Positions 44,581 through 46,516 of a stretch of DNA of 46,516 bases are shown in pieces. The translations under genes were made by a program, and so were the position numbers. Source of the stretch: Chiloscyllium plagiosum (Eukaryota); NCBI RefSeq assembly GCF_004010195.1, contig NC_057753.1:11060392-11106907 (forward strand). Direction: 5' to 3'. Position 1 is the first letter of the stretch. Each line of letters starts with the position of its first letter. The notes under the pieces are model-generated. The model was not told where the DNA came from and searched no databases. It saw only the letters and a list, made by a program, of their open reading frames with translations.

Positions 44581-45534
44581 ATTATTCTACAGGAAAGGTT
44601 CAACAGATATATGGAGGCGAGTGTTGGATAACTTTGTCCCAGAGCCAGGCAAGGAATGGAAAGGTGATGGAGCCTTGGATGACAAGAGCATAGGAGTTTC
44701 TCATCAAAAGGAATAAAGGAAGCTTACGCAAGGATGAGGAAGCAAAGATCTAGCACAGTTTTAGGGGATTACAGGGTAGCTAAGAAAGAACTTAAAAAAT
44801 GGACTGAGAAGAGCTAGGAGTGGGCACCAAAAAGCCTTGGCGGGAAGGATTAGGGAAAATCCAAAGGCGCTCTAAACTTATGTGAGAAATAAGCGAATGA
44901 TCAGAGAGAGAGTAGAGCCAATCAGGGATAGTGGAGGGAACTTGTGCCTGGAACCTGAAGAGGTTGGGGCAGCCCTAAATTAGTTTTTTGCTTCAGTATT
45001 CATGAGAGAGGGGACCTTGTTGATAGCAAGAACACCTTGGACTGGGTTAATAGGCTTAAACAGATTAATATTAAGGAAGTGGATGCGTTGAAATTTCTGG
45101 GAAGCATCAAGATAGATAAGATCCCAGGCCGGATATATCCAAGGTTACAGGGAAAGTGAGGAAAGAGATTGCTGCACCTCTGGTGATGATCAATGTAACC
45201 TCACTCTCCATGAGAGTAGTACTGGCTAATTGGAGGGGGATGAATGTTGTTCAGCTGTTCATGAGGGGGAATAGGGAAATCCCTGGGAATTACAGACCGA
45301 TATGTCTTACGTCTGTGGTAAGCAAGGTACTGGAAAGGATTGAGATAGGATTTATGACCATTTGGAAAACACAGTTTGATTAAAGAGAATCAGCATGGCT
45401 TTGAGGGGGGCAGGTCATGCCTCACAAGCCTTGTTGCATTCATTGGGGATGTGACGAAACAAATTGACAAAGGTCGAGCAGTGGATGTGGTGGATATGGA
45501 TTACAGTGAGGTATTTAGGATTCAGTAAGGCCCC

Positions 45535-46516
45535 ATGTTGGGCGATGCCAAATTGGGGAATGAACTCAGCCAGGTGATAGATTTGGAGGTAGCTGAGTAC
45601 TTTGGGGAATGTGACCATAATCCGGTTATGTTTACAATAGCAGTGGGCAGGGACAGGTATATACTGCAGGGAAAGAAGTATAACTAGCGGAAAGGCAATT
45701 ATGATGCGAAAAGGCAGATTTAGGAAGCGTAGGATGGGGAAGGAAACTGTACGGGGTGGACAAACTTGAAATGTGCAGCTCATTCACGGAACAGCTACTG
45801 CGGGTCCTTGATTAGTATACACCTATAAAGGTAGGGAAGTAGTTGTTGAAAGGGGGAGCCATGGTTTACTAAAGACGTTGAAGCTCTTGTCGAGAGAAGA
45901 AGGAGGGTTATGTGGGGATGAGGCGGCAGGGTCAAATGAGGGGTTGAGTGTAATAGGTTAGCCAGAAAAAGATCTAAAGAGGGCTGAGAAGAGCCAGGAG
46001 GGGACATGAGAAGTTGTTGACAGGTAGGATTAAGCATAACCCTAACACTGAAATATTTGTATCATCAATAGGTGAGGTCCCGCAAGACTGGAGGTTGGCT
46101 AATATGGTGCCACTGTTTAAGAAAGGTGGTAAGGACAAGCCAGGGAACTATAGACCAGTGAGCCTGACATCGGTGGTGGGCAATTTGTTGGAGGGAATCC
46201 TGAGGGGCAGGATGTACATGCATTTGGAAAGGCAAGGACTGATTAGGGATAGTCAACATGGCTTTGTACGTGGGAAATCATGTCTCACAAACTGGATTGA
46301 GTTTTTTAAAGAAGTAACAAAGAGGATTGATGAGGCCAGAGCGGTAGATGTGACCTATATGGATTTCAGTAAGGCATTCGACAAGGTTCTCCATGGGAGA
46401 CTGGTGAGCAAGGTTAGAGCTCACAGGATACAGGGAGAACTAGTCATTTGGATACAGAACTGGCTCAAAAGTAGAAGACAGAGGGTGGTGGTGGAGGGTT
46501 GTTTTTCAGACTGGAG
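45535..46516 (+). mobile_element. Further CR1 ORF2 fragments running off the window edge
   Basis: FGECDHNPV (APE end); KPGNYRPVSLTSVVG, SQHGFVRGKSCLTN, YMDFSKAFDKV. Confidence 0.9.

Larger units (their letters stand above)
42075..45530 (+). mobile_element. CR1 LINE with ORF1 and partial ORF2, containing two internal tandem duplications
   Basis: ORF1 Cys motif (ACSSCRM..FICGKCTQL) and esterase (VCCLLGARVRDV, VVVHIG); ORF2 GDFNF.NIDW, LDLVLGNE, GNYRPICLTSVV. Confidence 0.9.

Overview
Vertebrate genomic DNA, almost certainly shark (HE1-type V-SINEs and their partner CR1/HER1-type LINEs; a carpet/bamboo shark is likely but is inference). It is a repeat-saturated C2H2 zinc-finger gene cluster with one intact 11-finger ZNF CDS (22463-23404, minus) and three ZNF pseudogenes/remnants (6320-6468, 25720-26263, 36976-37640). 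It has three CpG-rich CCAAT promoters (about 13.3-14.0 kb, 24.9-25.3 kb, 32.2-33.1 kb). A ZNF-3'-end/SINE/LTR/Penelope module is present in three copies, and a ~5 kb inverted segmental duplication (about 13335-19262 vs 28328-33062) brackets the central ZNF pair. A degraded endogenous retrovirus (two LTRs, tRNA-His PBS remnant, gag MA/CA remnants, no visible pol/env) spans about 14416-22410 and cuts off the ancestral 3'UTR of the intact ZNF. The most striking non-obvious signal is a set of 88-203 bp insertions derived from Penelope-like pseudo-LTRs. Several are fold-back hairpins, most have 14-16 bp target-site duplications, and one copy has an intact minimal hammerhead ribozyme core (15264-15302). 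The rest is CR1 LINE fragments (three internal tandem duplications), one L1-clade LINE, SINEs, Tigger/pogo-like remnants and two assembly gaps. Repeat boundaries were read by eye and are approximate unless a TSD is given.
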